DNA of 63,988 nucleotides, counting the filler, from Choristocarpus tenellus KU-1152 (Eukaryota; Protista; Phaeophyceae): NCBI GenBank assembly GCA_964200185.2. It is 9 parts of 9 records of this genome, joined end to end, with 100 filler letters (N's around TTAATTAATTAA, not from the genome) between each part and the next. Parts side by side here need not be neighbours in the genome. Positions count along the whole stretch, not along the records: positions 6,011 to 13,565 come from CAXNAD020005970.1; positions 13,666 to 21,109 come from CAXNAD020006147.1; positions 21,210 to 34,968 come from CAXNAD020001377.1; 6 more parts are not named here. One strand, given 5' to 3'. The translations under genes and the position numbers were made by a program. The notes beneath the pieces were generated by a model. It was not told where the DNA came from. It worked only from the letters and a program-made list of their open reading frames with translations, and did not search any database. This document shows, in pieces, positions 12,350 through 26,404 of this stretch; position 1 is the first letter of the stretch, and each line of letters starts with the position of its first letter.

Positions 12350-12900
12350 AGCCTAGTCTGGATGCTTTGGCTTGACTGTGTTCATATGGGCAATCGGGAC
12401 ACTCTTGAAGAGTAAACTGCAAACTTCATTCCAACCCTATTCTGTGTGCAATTAGACTGATTGCAACAGATGCAGCACGAGCTTCTGCTGGCCTTACTGC
12501 ATTTGTGCTCAAATTGAGTCATGTGATAATGAGTCTGCTCGAAAGAATGTGTATGAAAGGAATCACCATGATACCACCTAAGTAGGCTCCTGGCAGCAAA
12601 AAAACGGTACTTTTTGGAGGAGCTGTGAAATCCTGTTAGTCCATTGCTCTGTAGTTCATCTTCCTGCTGAAAGCTCGTGGGTACATGCAATTTTGTTGGA
12701 TTCTTGATAAAGCTCCTGGCGGCGATGCAATCAGCAGTGGACACTTACTGTCAAGATCAGACGACATGCCTGCATAGTCTTGCCATCCCCATTGTTGGCA
12801 TGTCGCTCTCTGTGCACAGATTCTCGGAAAGGCGAAGTGCTGTGGGATGGTGTGTACCCTCTCAAGCGAAGAAGAGCGGTTGGTGTTTGGTGACAAAAAC
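12350..12900 (+). mobile_element. Possible highly decayed hAT-type transposase remnant
   Basis: Fragments YHLSRLLAAKKR and LIKLLAAMQSAVDTYCQDQTT...AIP resemble the region after the hAT RW motif. Many stops. Confidence 0.25.
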
Positions 12901-13476
12901 AGTAGAGCCTTTGAGCAGTGTAGTACTAAAGGAGTAATAGGTGACGATCAGTACAGCCATTAAACAGTGTAGTACTAAGGGAGTTCATATCCTGCTGTGT
13001 CATCGAATGTACTCGCATGCCTGTGGTCCCTGTGCTACTTCAAATCCTGGGGTGTGTGACCTCCATGCGAACTCAACACCTAAAGCAAGACCGCTACTGC
13101 AACTGTGTCCCATGCACTGCAGCACGATCATACATACCATGGCATAGGCGGGGGGAGGGGTTGTAGTCGTTGGTAGTTTGACTGGTGGCATCGGTTAGCT
13201 GTATCGAGCGCAGTCGGTCATCATTAGCGCAGTCGCACTACCAGCGCTAGTTGCTGTTGCTTGTTTTTGAGGAGCGCAGTCGGTCATCTGCACTCTGGTC
13301 TTAATTTTTCGTCGTTTTGTCTGTCTCCACTCAAAGCCCACGACACTCAAAGCCCACGACCATACTCATTGCTGTGTGCCCGTGGGGTGGTGGGCGGCCC
13401 GGTTTGAGTTGGGGTTTGCCCTCATACTTTTTATTTTATTAATGTACTGCTTTGTAAGTGTTTGTCAGCACCATCG

Positions 13477-13518
<42 letters not shown>

Positions 13519-13759
13519 TTCTCCCTTTTCCCCCTCCCTTCTCCTCTCCTTTCGTCTGTTTTTCTNNNNNNNNNNNNNNNNNNNNNNNNNNNNNNNNNNN
13601 NNNNNNNNNTTAATTAATTAANNNNNNNNNNNNNNNNNNNNNNNNNNNNNNNNNNNNNNNNNNNNCCCCCCCAGATACTTTGGGTCAGATGCTGCTACTG
13701 TGTGAATATAAATCTTTCTAGTGTTAATAATATGTTAGTAAAACCTATCACACCATTTC

Positions 13760-14900
13760 TACATGATTTGGAGAACAGACGAACTAACAGATCAATTACT
13801 GTGTTGAGGCATTGAAGACATTTAATCATGAATCCTTCGTCGTCTTACCATTGGAGAAACTCCACTAATACTTCCAGTAAAACGGTGAACTCTCTCCCTC
13901 AAGCACACGTTTCCAGAGTGGTGACCCACAGGGGAAGAAGTAAATAAAAAAAATAGGAGAATTTTCGATCCTACATTTTCACAGTGTTATCAGAGTAGTG
14001 ATAGGCGAACATGTGTAAAACTCTTCAATTTCTCCAACATCAAAAACGAGCACATTCATTGTATCTAAGTTTTCAGATTGCAGTCCAAAATATTTTTTTG
14101 AATCTAAATCACTTATATAATAAGTTCGACTTACTATCTGATCTGTGCTCACACATTGCTTATCTTTTCCTGCTACTCCAATGAGTTCACAGCCATTTGT
14201 GGTATGTCGTATATATCAGCACAGGTGTTAAAGAAACGTGGAAAGTTTTTAGAATTTTGATAACCTGGTTTCAACATCCAGGAATTTGACAGTGGTATAG
14301 ATATGCCATGTGGTCAGGTTTATCAAACACCATGACGGATGTTATGTGCCAGGATTCGATTAATAAATATAACATATCCAAGAGATGGACTTCGAACCCA
14401 TCTCTATTTTCGTTTTTATCTCGATGGTGATTGGGAACTGAATCTCGCCTTCGTGCAATTGTGTTGGGATATACTCCACCGTAGTGATCTGATCCATTGG
14501 CACAAACCTGGATAAATTTTGAAATATCTTTCATCACATTAAAGTAATAATAATGTAGGAATCGGGTTTTGACTGTTTACGTACCTTTTCAGGGTTTTTT
14601 GAGAACTTCAGTTCAACTGCGGAGGACCCTTAGGGAGAATAGGTTCAGTGACTTCTCAGGACCTCTCTTCATGAGCATTTTTCCAAATGCAAATATCCCA
14701 TTTCTGAGGGATTTCTTTCCTGATCCCCATCCGAAATTTGATCCTGCCCACTTCCTCTGCATTCTTCCACTTGTCCAACCTTAACCATGTCCTCTCAGTT
14801 TCGGTTCATCCTGGTTTGTCTGGTTCGCCTTGCCCTGTGACTTTCTTCATGGGCCTTACCCGAGTGTACCAAGCCGCCACAGAAAAACACATTTCACAAG
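13760..14900 (-). mobile_element. Highly decayed copia-like integrase remnant
   Basis: Minus-strand fragments such as DIYDIPQMAVNSLE and CARFDVGE resemble the copia integrase core. Heavily disrupted. Confidence 0.25.
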
Positions 14901-16185
14901 TAATTTTGTGTTGGTTATGTACCATATAATGGTAAGTAAGAGGGACAGGTGACGCCTAATTTATTAGATGCAGGGAAAAACTACGTAATCATTTATCAGT
15001 TTTTAAAAATCATGATAGAATGCAGGTTGGCTTGGTAGTGGGGGACAAGAGCTCATCCCCAAGACAATCCCACCATATATATATATTTTTGAATACCACC
15101 TCCAAATTGAACATAACTTTGCTGAGCATCTAAACTCATTGATACATATCAACATAATAGCCTAGAGCTCAAAATAGGCATACCTGTTACTGGTGAAAAA
15201 AAAATGTCCCTATAACAATGTCAAATCAACTGGGGGAGTACAAGAAATTATGTGGTCGGTCTAAACATATATATAATGCTTACATGATAGGATGTACATT
15301 TCCGAACAGGTTACGAGGATATCAACTGGGGTGGTACACACAATGATAATTTTTTCTACTAGTCGCAATGAAAATTATTTGCAATGGTTCTAGGTAGATT
15401 TGGGGTCTACAGTTAACTCGTTCACTCTAGCTTCCACCTTAGGGAATCTAGGTTCTTCTAACTCTGATCTCAAGTTATAATAGTGCCTCAGTGTTTTAAT
15501 AGTGGTTTGGGTTGTTGCAATAGTGCATATGCTTTACGTTAGTATCCTCCCTTACCCTCAGTAACAACTCAAAGTAAAACCAAATAAGAGGTAGTCAGGT
15601 TTTTACTTTTTTTGCGCTTTAAACCGTGTTTTCTTACCTTTGTTCCTTCTCGTCCGTCTTGGTCAGTGATCCTCCTCATCATCAACAATTGCCTTAGTAA
15701 ACCATGCCGCAACGAATCATGCAATTCATATCGTGAAACCAGTGGATTCAGATATGGAGTGATAGGTAAATATGTTGTTTGACCACTGACCTAGATCCCC
15801 AACACGAAAACCAGAAGAAGAACACGTCGTCAACAAGCAGGTCTTTCTGAAATTTCGAGGAAGCAAGAGAAGAAAAGCAGAAGACCGAAGAGAACGGGGC
15901 AATCCAAGACATGGAATCATGTATTAATCATTACTCAGACACTAGTTCTTCCAATAACTCCTCCTCATGATCATCCAACAGTTCAACAAATGCGAATCGT
16001 AGACGAGGTTCCCCCCCATCTCCTCCAACAGATCATCGGGGTCTCGCAGGTGCAATGCCATCGACCCTTGAGTATCACGTCAGCTCAGGCGACCGTGACA
16101 CCCATTGAGGAGAGTCCAGTTTCCTCTCTACATTCAATTGCTTGTGAGATTGCTGCTCAGTTTGGTGAGATACCATCCCTGTGTT

Positions 16186-17340
16186 TGTAGTACATCATGT
16201 TGTTCTCATATGGAGATAGATTCTTTGAAGTACTGTACACACTAAATGTTCCGAGTATTATACACAGAGTAGGGATTATGTAAGTAGCAAGAAAAAGTGT
16301 GTAGAACGGTAGATTAGTGATGGATCGTGACATTGGAATATAGTGAAAGTGTATAGAACAATGTTTATGGAGATTAGGGACTACCCCCCCTTGTAGACAA
16401 AACTCACTCTTCGCTGTAACTTTATAAAGCACATTCTACATCATCATCTTCTTCTTCTTGGTGAAGCAGCATACTCATTGGTAGTGTGCGAGCACGTTTT
16501 AAACGAGCTATGTTCCGTACAGTGCACTACAGAATAAAATATACTGTGTGAACTGCTTGATTTAAGGAGGCAGCAGAAGGAGGAGTCAGGGACGTCATGG
16601 CTTCGGGGGGTGACTGAAATAATGGCGGCAGAAATTGAGGCAGCCGTTGAAACGAGAGTAGCAGAGAGGGTCGAGGCATAGCCAGAGGAGTGTCTGGCCT
16701 TGAATACAGTTAAGGCTGTAGAAGCTGCGTTGGCCCAACAAGGAGAGCAAGCTGTGATAGGGCAGTTGGAACAACAGGAGCAGCAGGTGCAATCACAACC
16801 CCTGCAGAGAGAGAGGCGACCAGGCAGGACATTACATGCGTTCAGTGGGAAGTTGGATCACCTACAGGAAAGAGAAGATCTAAGGAGCGCAGATGATTGG
16901 GATATCTACAACAGGGGAAGGATGAACCTTCTAAATGGTTGTAAGGGAATAGTGCTGGAGATCGTGATGGAGGACGAGGGACCAAGAACCGTCATAGGCA
17001 CTTGTGCGAATACTACGAACCACATACCTTAGATGAGAGACTTTGGGTTCGTGAGGAATTCCGGCCCATCAGGCTTGGACCTGGGGAGGAACCACAACCG
17101 TATAACTTGACGACCAGTCGACTGAGTAAGAGGCTGACTTCATTGGGGCAAATGGTCAGCGATGAGCAACATTCAGTATTGATCTTTATACATGGTACCG
17201 TGATTGCCAGGCATGCCAAAAGCGTAAGACTATTAATAACAGAGCTAGTCTGTTACAGCGCGCCCCCAACCTCACCTCCACAGGATATGCAACTCAAATC
17301 CAACGACCTTAAAACGACGCTACGCGGGGTCCACAGATGA
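16186..17340 (+). mobile_element. Possible decayed LTR-retrotransposon 5' end (LTR/PBS-like site plus gag remnant)
   Basis: ...ACTCA-TTGGTAGTGTGCGAGC at about 16473-16493 is PBS-like. It is followed by ATG 16622 MAAEIEAAVETRVAERVEA and a broken Q-rich coiled-coil reading frame. Confidence 0.3.
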
Positions 17341-17689
17341 TGACCACGTACGGTGTCAGTTGATGCTTAGCTCAGTCGATGTCTCGCTTTTCGCTTTATC
17401 AACATAGGGTAAGAATCAAAGAACTGAGTCGTGTGGTCAACAACTCAGCCTTTTTTTAACATCATTCACCGTTTTTATACAGCCAAAGAGTTAAATGAAG
17501 TCTGCAAACTGCTGTGTAAATACTCCAATCGTAAATCTTTATTCTGTAACTTTCAGGAATTGACATCTATTCTGTAAGATTATATATGAACTTAGAATCT
17601 TACTCTGCATATTCTATCAATTCAAAGCCCCTCTTACATGAATTCTTACGTATATATACTGTTGCGCATTTTGGCAGGTAGAAAGAATT

Positions 17690-18850
17690 GCTATTGCCTG
17701 TAACAAGTCTCCCCACTGGCCATGTACCTATAGACAGAACATTTCAAAGTCTTGCTTTTGCCTTGGTAGAGTACAAAAACACATTTCCCAACAACAGCAG
17801 ACGGTGTGATGTGTTCATACCTCTTGTCTGCGATTTATCACCTCAGTCGTTTTGTTGTACTGTTCCCTATTCCAAGCAAAGAGGCGGTAGCAATTATTCG
17901 TATGCTGGTAGAATGTGTATTTTCAATTTTAGGCCCACCCGAGTTGCTACACTCCAATCAAGGTATCGAATTAAAAAATATATCGTCGCAGAGTTGCAGT
18001 CTGTCCTTGGTTGCAAGAAAACCCAAACAACACCTATCACTCTCAAGGAAAGTCTGTGTTAGAGAGAATACATACTGAGTTCCATTCTATGCTAGCAATT
18101 GTATATCTCTGTTGCTGAGGACAACTGGGCATCGTTACTGCCTTTCGCACAGTCAGCCCTTAAGCAGCTTTCAGTGCAAAGTTGCATGAAATCCCGTTTT
18201 AGCTTCTGTTTGAAAGACAAGGCATACGCCTGTTGATTTTATCCTTGATTCGTCTAATGCTGATTCAGATACTACTACTGAAGAATTTACTAAACAAACC
18301 AGAGATAAGCTACAGCTTGCATTTGAGTTGGTGCACCTTAAACTTCCATAGACACGTTTATAATCAGGAACGTGCCAACCAACGTCTCTTGTTTCCCGTT
18401 TTCGTATTCGGTGATGAAGTTTAGTCTATAGGTCACATGAGAATTACTGATGGTCCGAATCCGAAGTTAGTTCACCCTTGGAGGCGTCCGTCTGAAGTGC
18501 ATTCTAAGTTATCACCCATCGTGTACAGGGTCGTATTACCTGGAAACCCGCGACCATTTTCCGTTCATCTGGATATAATGAATCGTTACTATCCTCAAGT
18601 CCAACCTCCCACACCAGACTTGAATGAACTGGATTAGTTGTTTCTGGGAAAACCATTACCATTGCCGGATGTTACCATCAAGTCTCTTAACCCGTTGTTG
18701 GCCAGTACACTATTGATATCGTTGTTGGACGTAGATCTGGTCCTAGTTGTTGTTCGTCCACAAATATTATCTATCGGCTTTGTCATTGTGGCCATGAACC
18801 TTTCTAGTGACCTCCACAAAAGAGCAGAATATATCCCACTATGATGTGAA
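17690..18850 (+). mobile_element. Decayed Ty3/gypsy integrase
   Basis: YLLSAIYHLSRFVVLFPIPSKEA...VFSILGPPELLHSNQGIELKN (integrase core), EDNWASLLPFAQ, PKLVHPWRRP..V...LSPIVYRV (GPF/Y-type module). Frameshifts and stops. Confidence 0.75.
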
Positions 18851-20214
18851 ATAATTGCAGCCTATATCGTGTAGTAAATGGATTGGATAACCAGTGAAAT
18901 TCTCCTCCTAGACAGTATTGACTTGAGAATTCGTATTTACTGATACCATATTCCTTTGCATAGAACGCGTACCATTCATTTTCGTAATAGTATAACCTAT
19001 CGTGTTAACAAAGAGACCAGCGGAAGTATGTCTGTGCACATTCTCGCCAATCTTTTTTATGACTCGTATATCTTGGCCCAGATTTCGTATTACCCCACAT
19101 ATCATTATCCTTCACATAAGTGGGGACCATTTCGTTTACACCATCGTTTGCATGTCATATTTTCATAGATGGGTATAGTAACATTTTGTTGTAAAATATT
19201 AGATTAATTAACTGGTAACTGCGCAGAATAAGGTATGAAGTACAGTAATATGTAACCGAAGGATCCACGACAATGGTTTATGTGTTAAAGTGGTCCCAGT
19301 AGCTTCGCCCTCTGTGGCAATCTTGTTTTTTTCACCGTATCGCCACAACAGTTATACGACAATATACACATCAACTGAACGGGTATGACAAGAGCTTTTC
19401 AAGGTTTGTATCCACGAATGTCCAGGCTTCGGGGGACGGGAGCTGTGTCCTGATCAAATATGGAAAAAAAACGTGGGGGAACATCTCCGCCACAATTTGA
19501 AGGTCTTCCTTCCAAAATCTGGTTCGGGTTGCCTCCCAATTTGACTGGTATGGCGATACCGAGAAAAAAAACAAGATTTCTCGACATCATTATAACGCCT
19601 TTTGCAGACTTTCTGTGAGCACACACAAGCGTGACTTACACAACAACATGAACCACGACGGTGAGACAAGGAGAGCCGCCAAGGTCACTCTGCCCCCTGG
19701 ATCTAACCTCGGCACCTTCTCTGTCGAGAGGCGACGAAAAAGCAAGTACTGTGTGACACTCAGTGTGATCTTAGGTTACGAAAAAGTGCGAGTAGTGTGG
19801 GGCAGCACCAAAATCAAATCGTGAAATGGATCACGGGACCGCGACACTGACGCTAAGAGAAGGTGCATTAAAAGCATTTCCATACAAACGTGGTTGGATC
19901 TTCAACAACGTCGGAGCACTGCTCTGCAGTCTCTGCCAAATCGGGAAAGCAGGAAGAGAGTGGCGAGTCCATCACCAGGTGGTATAGTGACGAAGTTGGT
20001 GGGGAAGCCTGGTCACGGTAGACGAAGGGAGAACCGGGGTGGCCACTCGAAGGGAAGGTTGGGGAGGAGAGCAGTTCGCCTGCGCGCCATTGTGCTCCGA
20101 AAACGCCTAAGTGAAAATCCGGGTGTATAGAATATCTTGGTGGTCGACAGTTGTAGCAGGCCCTGGCTGTTTGGAAGCTGTGCGAGCCGGAGTGGCTTAA
20201 GGAAACGAGAAAGG

Positions 20215-20534
20215 TGTTATTAGAGTTAGGGTATAAGGACTCTGAAGCCCGAAAGTAGGTCGAAAGTGTTCAAGCATCTCCCCAATCATCAAAAAGAATA
20301 AAGGTGATAAACCCAGCGAGGTTAAATGGTGTCTGTAGAGCGATTGATTAAAGTTAGGTGGGGCATGCAACACCTCAAGAAAATCAGAAATATTTCCTTC
20401 TATTTATGAAAAATTCTCATACAACTAGTCACTAGTAAAAGGTTCTGATAACTCAACCACTAATTGATTGTTCCGTTACTCTATACATATTTTACCGTAA
20501 CTGTCCGATAGAGTTGGAAGAATCTAATCGAACA
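20215..20534 (-). repeat. 3' LTR of a copia element
   Basis: On the minus strand a purine tract AGGGAGGG (20542-20535) is followed by TGTTCGATTAG. The other end is CTAATAACA (plus strand TGTTATTAG at 20215), giving inverted TGTT..AACA termini. Confidence 0.6.
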
Positions 20535-20698
20535 CCCTCCCTAGCTCAAACAACTCTTGAGAACTTAAAAGAAAACAATTATGGATCCTGGGAGACTCCT
20601 CAGGTCAATCTGTATGACAAGAAAACAACCAGTTATTGAACTCTTTGAAAATAAATAAATCCAAACAAACGCATTCAAATTCAGCAAGAAACAAACCA

Positions 20699-21109
20699 CT
20701 AAACATGGTCTAAATTTAGGAAAGCCCCTGCATGCCTCCAAAAATATATTCCTGCTAAAGACTTGGTCAAGACATCTGCATGTTGTTCATCTGAAGTAAC
20801 ATGAACTATCCTTATTTGTCCATTTGCTGCCAACTCCCTCAGGAAATGATGCCGTACATCAATATGCTTCATCCTGCCCGAACTCAAAGGGTTGTTTGCC
20901 AAATGTATGGCTTCTGTGTTGTCCTCATACACTACACATCATGACCCAGTCCTATCAGGTTGCAAGAGCTCCAACACACCTCGCAAAAACAATTCCTTTA
21001 CACAATCACCCATCGCTATGTATTCTGCTTCTGCTGTCGACTGTGTTATGACACATTGGGTCCTGGAAAGCCAAGAAACTGCTGCCCCCCCACACATCAC
21101 TACCCTGCC
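20699..21109 (-). mobile_element. Ty1/copia pol C-terminus (RNase H), truncated by the contig end
   Basis: GGAAVSWLSRTQCVITQSTAEAEYIAM...YEDNTEAIHLANNPLSSGRMKHIDVRHHFLRE...SDEQHADVLTKSL is the classic copia RNase H. One internal stop and a probable frameshift. Confidence 0.93.
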
Positions 21110-23791
21110 NNNNNNNNNNNNNNNNNNNNNNNNNNNNNNNNNNNNNNNNNNNNTTAATTAATTAANNNNNNNNNNNNNNNNNNNNNNNNNNNNNNNNNNN
21201 NNNNNNNNNAAATGGACACTCTGGTGTAGACCCCTCCCCCTCCCTCAGATACTTTGGGTCTTTCATCAGCATATAGTACACCCCACATTCACTGTTCAAA
21301 ATGTTCTCCCAATTCCTGTCCTCCACTGTCCTGACTGTTTGTATCAGCTCCTTTGATGGCAATAATGTGCCAGGAGTTTACCGGGTCAGCAGTGTACTTT
21401 GTAAGCACTATGTATGATTAGAACTGTAGTACAAACTTGCTGAAGATTATGATGGAAAGAACACACCCTTTGTAAAGGCCTTGTACATTCTCCAGTACAC
21501 ATTAAGCCTACGTTTCAACATGCAACTGGTGTGTGACTGATAGAACCTTCTCCAACATGCTCAACCTAGGAAGCACAGTCCACTGGAGATTGCGGTCAAC
21601 ATAGTGAGATTCCTTATACAGTTGAATAAAATACATGGAACCAAGGCACCTGCTTTTCCTGTCAGAGCTCCCAGATACAGGAAGTTTTACTGTTGAGGGT
21701 CGAGGCTGGAAACACACGGTCCCTTACAACCCATGGTCTAAATGAAAAGTTTGAGAAACACTTTTCCAGCAGCATGCACCAACAACATCATACCCCTTCG
21801 GGTCCCACAATCCGTCCTATCCCTCATTATCTAGAGCATGTTGATCACGTTCCTGCTCCACATCTGCCTGGTTTCATACAGCCAAAACAGTCTTGTACAA
21901 ACCTTGTAGGATAATTTCATGCTCGTACAAACTAAGTTTCAGGGTTTTCACTGGGAGATCATCCGGTACCATTGCTTTCATCTTTGCTATGATACGGATC
22001 GCTTCTGCCACTACTGCCATAGTTGGTGCATCAGGTAGTGTCTGCAGATGGATTGTTGACCAAGGGTTTCAATTGGGTATATCAGGGTTGAGATTGATCG
22101 ACTTGCTATTCACGAGCAGTTGAAAATATCACTCCCAATATCCCTTAATGAACCTTGCTTGCTCTATCAGTAGTCTGCCTGACTTATTGGGAGGCACTCT
22201 GTCATGTCCTCTCTACGTAGAATCCTTTTTCCTGTTGATAGAAGATACCTCAATCCCAACGAAGAATGTGTTCCTCCATTTCCTTCGTATAGGTCGTACC
22301 TCCTCCCCCGTTTCAGTCGATTGTCCACCCACCTCGAACTTCTTCTTGAGGGTGGCGTTTTAGGAGAGAACGTGTTGCTGTTACCATGGCCGTTCCTTTC
22401 TTCCCATTCCATGCTTGGTCTTGGTTAGTACGCGTCGACAGCAACTTCTAACAGACGGCGAGTGTACGAAAATTCCGTTTTGTTCAGATCCCCTGTTAGA
22501 CCTGAGTCCTACGCCTGGCACTGTCTTTGGTGAGAGGACTTTTGGTCCAAACACCATCGTGACCACAGTCCTGGCAAGGTCTGACAGAACTTTGATGAAA
22601 GAAAATCTACCATATAATTTATTCAACAAGGTGGTCCGAGTCCTTTGATGGTATCTCGCGTGCGACTGTCGCACTGGTGTGTGAGGACGTAATTGAGTCG
22701 GAGGTATCCCTTATTCTGTTGGTGAGCAAAACTGTGTCCCCTTGTTTACACTGAAATCGTGTCGAGAATGTCAAGTCTGTTCATCTATCCCAACATCAAT
22801 GATCCTCTCCGAAAAAAAGGATTCTTCTCTATCTCTTCAACATCACTTGTTGGAGAGTCCCACAACGGTTTGCTTGGGGTCATTGAGGTTTCTCACACTC
22901 TCTCCCTTGTACACGCCTTGTTTTAAGATTCACTCCTTACTAGATCGTTTGTGCTCCACACACACCCATCATTTTTGGCGATGGGAGTGTTTGATACTTT
23001 GAAAATCTCAATTCTATATTATATGATGTCTATAGTAAAAGAAACATTAAAAGAGTGTGAATCATTTGATTCTGTAGCGGCGTGGTCCATATAAGGCAAA
23101 GAATAATTCAGGAAAGGCGTCAAGAACAAACCCCACCCTATATGATTAATAAAAGACAGATTATTTGATACATTACTACTAATAATTAGAAGAGGAGAAT
23201 TTAATACCCCTTTTATATATTCAAAAACAATATATTATGAAGTAAGGAATCAAAAATATAAATCGTACTATATTATGTTTAGTACTAAAAATATGTATGC
23301 TCACAGTTCTTTTGTTCATTGTTTAGGGGTTTAAACTCCAAGAATCAGTCTTCTATGACCTCAATATAGGAACGAGATTCAGAAGGACATGCATGTATGT
23401 GATCATGCAATTGTCCAGGTATTTGTGGAACGGGTTAACGGGTTTTGGCGCCCTTGCCGTTTAATATTTTGGGGACAGTTTGTCTATTACATATTATACT
23501 CACAAAATCCAAGTAAAGCGAAGATAATTGAGATTGGATTTCTTTCCCTTCACCGGCTTCCAATATTGGTCTTAAGGAGGACCTTGGTGGGCGTGGGGTC
23601 ACAGTTGTAGAGTGACAGTTGAAGGATATCCTCAGTAGTGTTGTGTGGTGCAAGGGTAGGCCGTTAGAGGGAGGGAGTAGAAAAGGTGTTTGAATCGGGC
23701 GTGTGTGTAGTCTGAGGCTGTTTTGTGAGGGGGTATCAACTACTCGGGGGGTAAGAACCAAACACTCCCATCCCATACCCCCACCTTCGAT

Positions 23792-26404
23792 ATGCACACC
23801 CGAAGATATGCTGCAGACCAGGAGAACAATGTGTTAGGAATGGGCGCCGCAAAAAGTGACAATGGAGCCGCTGCTACCAAACCCTCAGTCCTGGGCGCGG
23901 GCAACAAGGCCTCAGGTCTCGGTAGTAAGGGTGTTGGCATAGGTGGAGCGGCAACGAAGGGGGGGGTAGGGGTCCAAACCCGTCGTGGACTGCGAGACAT
24001 CACTAACAAGACTGATGAGGCATCCAGTCAACAGAATGAGGGAAAGGTGGGTAAGAAACCAAGGGTACGGACAGCCAGCGACAGCGTTGCCGTAGGGCAA
24101 GGAGCTACAGTACCTCCAGATTCTGTACCTCCTGCAGTGGCTACCTCGTCCGTTGAGGCTGAAGCCAGCGCTAGCGTCGCGACAGCATCTGCGATATCCT
24201 CTTCAGCGGGGCAGCGTCGGACTAAGCTCGTCCCTTCTGCTCGAGCTGCGACGGATATCGATCTTCGGGATGCTGATGAACCACTCGCCGTCACAGAGTA
24301 CGTTGAGGATTTATATGCCTTCCTGCGGGAACGTGAGGTGGCCACGAAGGTTGATAAGGATTACATGGACAATCAACCCAACGTGAATGAGCGCATGCGT
24401 TCCATCCTCATCGACTGGCTTGTGGAAGTTCACCTAAAGTTTAAGCTGGTGCCAGACACACTATACCTCACGGTCTACCTGATTGACAAATACCTTGAGC
24501 TCGAGCAGGTATGCGGTTGGTTCATTTTGACAAAACACATTAAATCATGGTGATGCCCCAGCCCATCATACTCGAGCCTTCCTTAATTGGGTGAATTTTT
24601 GCCTGCATGATAACTGGATCTGCAACCGTTTCCTATGGCGCACATGCTTAAACGTTTGACACCAAATTCCTCTAGTCTGATCGAGAAGGAAGCTCGTGAA
24701 GGGTAAGGAGGAGGTATTTTACGTCGTACTTCGATGCATTTCTTGCCTGTATGTGATAGTCGAAGATTTTTGGAAGGTGTAATATGACGCGTATTTTAAC
24801 GTCCCTTCGTATTCCCTTTTACCGCCTGAAATTATCCTGTACCAAGACATAGGAAGCGGTGACTTAGCAAGGGTCAAGTTTTTTATTCGGTGGGACGCTC
24901 TTATGCAAAGGTTAATATTCACTTCATACCTCTCATAAGTGGTCTCTTTGACACTGAATTTTCCTTCCCCTACTCATTATCAGGTTACCCGCTCAAATTT
25001 GCAACTTGTTGGGGTGACAGCCATGCTCCTGGCCTCGAAATATGAGGAGATCTATCCCCCTGAGATTCGTGATTTAGTGTACATAACAGATCGAGCATAC
25101 AACAAGGAGCAAATACTGGAGATGGAAACAGCAATGGCCAATGCCCTTCAGTTTCGATTGACTGTCCCCACTATATACTGCTTCCTCCTACGCTACCTCA
25201 AGGTGAGTGTGACGCAGATGTGTTTTACCAAATGTTGCTCATTGGGTGTCACTGTTCCTGTCTGTCCATGTGTCTCTAGGTGTGTGCCCATGCGATTCTG
25301 TTCATCAAGGCCAGTTTTTCTTGGCCACCTCATACGCAACACGAATTCTATCCTCTTACCACACAACTTTTTTTTTCAGCTCAACCCTACCTCGCGGAGG
25401 ATCCATACGTAGTTCATGAAAAGTGCATGCCTATCTGTTCCCCCTTTTTGTCCCCATACCCCCTTGTGCCTGGACCTCTGCGCTATTGTCCCCTATGTCA
25501 ACATTTAACATACTTCTTTTTAATATCAGGCGGCGCATGCAGACAAGAAAATTGTGCAACTGAGCTGCTATGTGGCCGAGCGCATGCTTCAAGAGGTGAC
25601 CATGCTGGACCACCTCCCAAGTGTTGTGGCCTGTTGTGCCATTTATGTGGCACGGAAGAACCTTTCCCGCCACCCCTGGAGTCCAACATTGGAGAAGTAC
25701 ACACACTACTGTGAAGCTGATCTCATGCCCTGCCTTGAAGAGGTGGGCTGGGGCTGACCCTAGGAGTCTGGGTGGTGTGTTGAGATGGGGTGGGGAATGG
25801 GGGTACATTTGGCTATGTCGCATTTCTGTTACTTTTGTCAACAGCTCTTTGTGGTGAGGTGTCCGTGACCAAAATGTGCAATGACCTTGTTTGTGTCTGT
25901 TTTTTGTTCCGTATTAGAGAATTGCTTCGATGAGTTGTGTTTTTTGGGGCGTTAGTTCCTTGAAATTTGAATGGAATCTGCATTGACGTATTCTGTTTTT
26001 TGAATAAACTTTTATTTTTTTTGCAGTTGTGGATGTGTTGTATCTCGGGAGGGATTCAATTTAAAGAGACATATTTTTCTGCTTAGCTCCAGTGGCAATA
26101 CTGACCCCATTTGGATTGCAGATAGAATTCTGGAACAGGCTTGCGTCTAGTTTGTTTGTAGAAAGAAATTATCCTGTTTTGTAGAAGCTAGCTTCACTGT
26201 CCAATGTCGCAGCAAGCGTATTACATTATCCTCCTCAATCTTGAACCTCCGCTTGTGTGTTTTAAATCTAATTTTCTTTTTCTTTGGCAGGTGTCACGAC
26301 TCCTTCATTCCAAGTCTGACCTGGTAGCTGTGAAAAAGAAGTTCAGCCACCAGAAGTTTGGCTCCGTTGCGCTTATGGAAGTTGAGGTCCTCCCGGATAA
26401 GTAA
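23792..26404 (+). CDS. CYCB: Mitotic cyclin B, complete, 4 exons, 420 aa
   Basis: Exons 23792-24508, 24984-25202, 25530-25742 and 26291-26404 (all GT-AG, phase 0; 1263 nt). Destruction box RRGLRDITN, cyclin box [34 protein letters not shown]. Confidence 0.95.

Noticed and set aside
21300-23000. Decayed retroelement integrase on the minus strand (NKGTQFCS-like motif)
   Set aside because: Only one short motif amid many stops, so it cannot be assigned.
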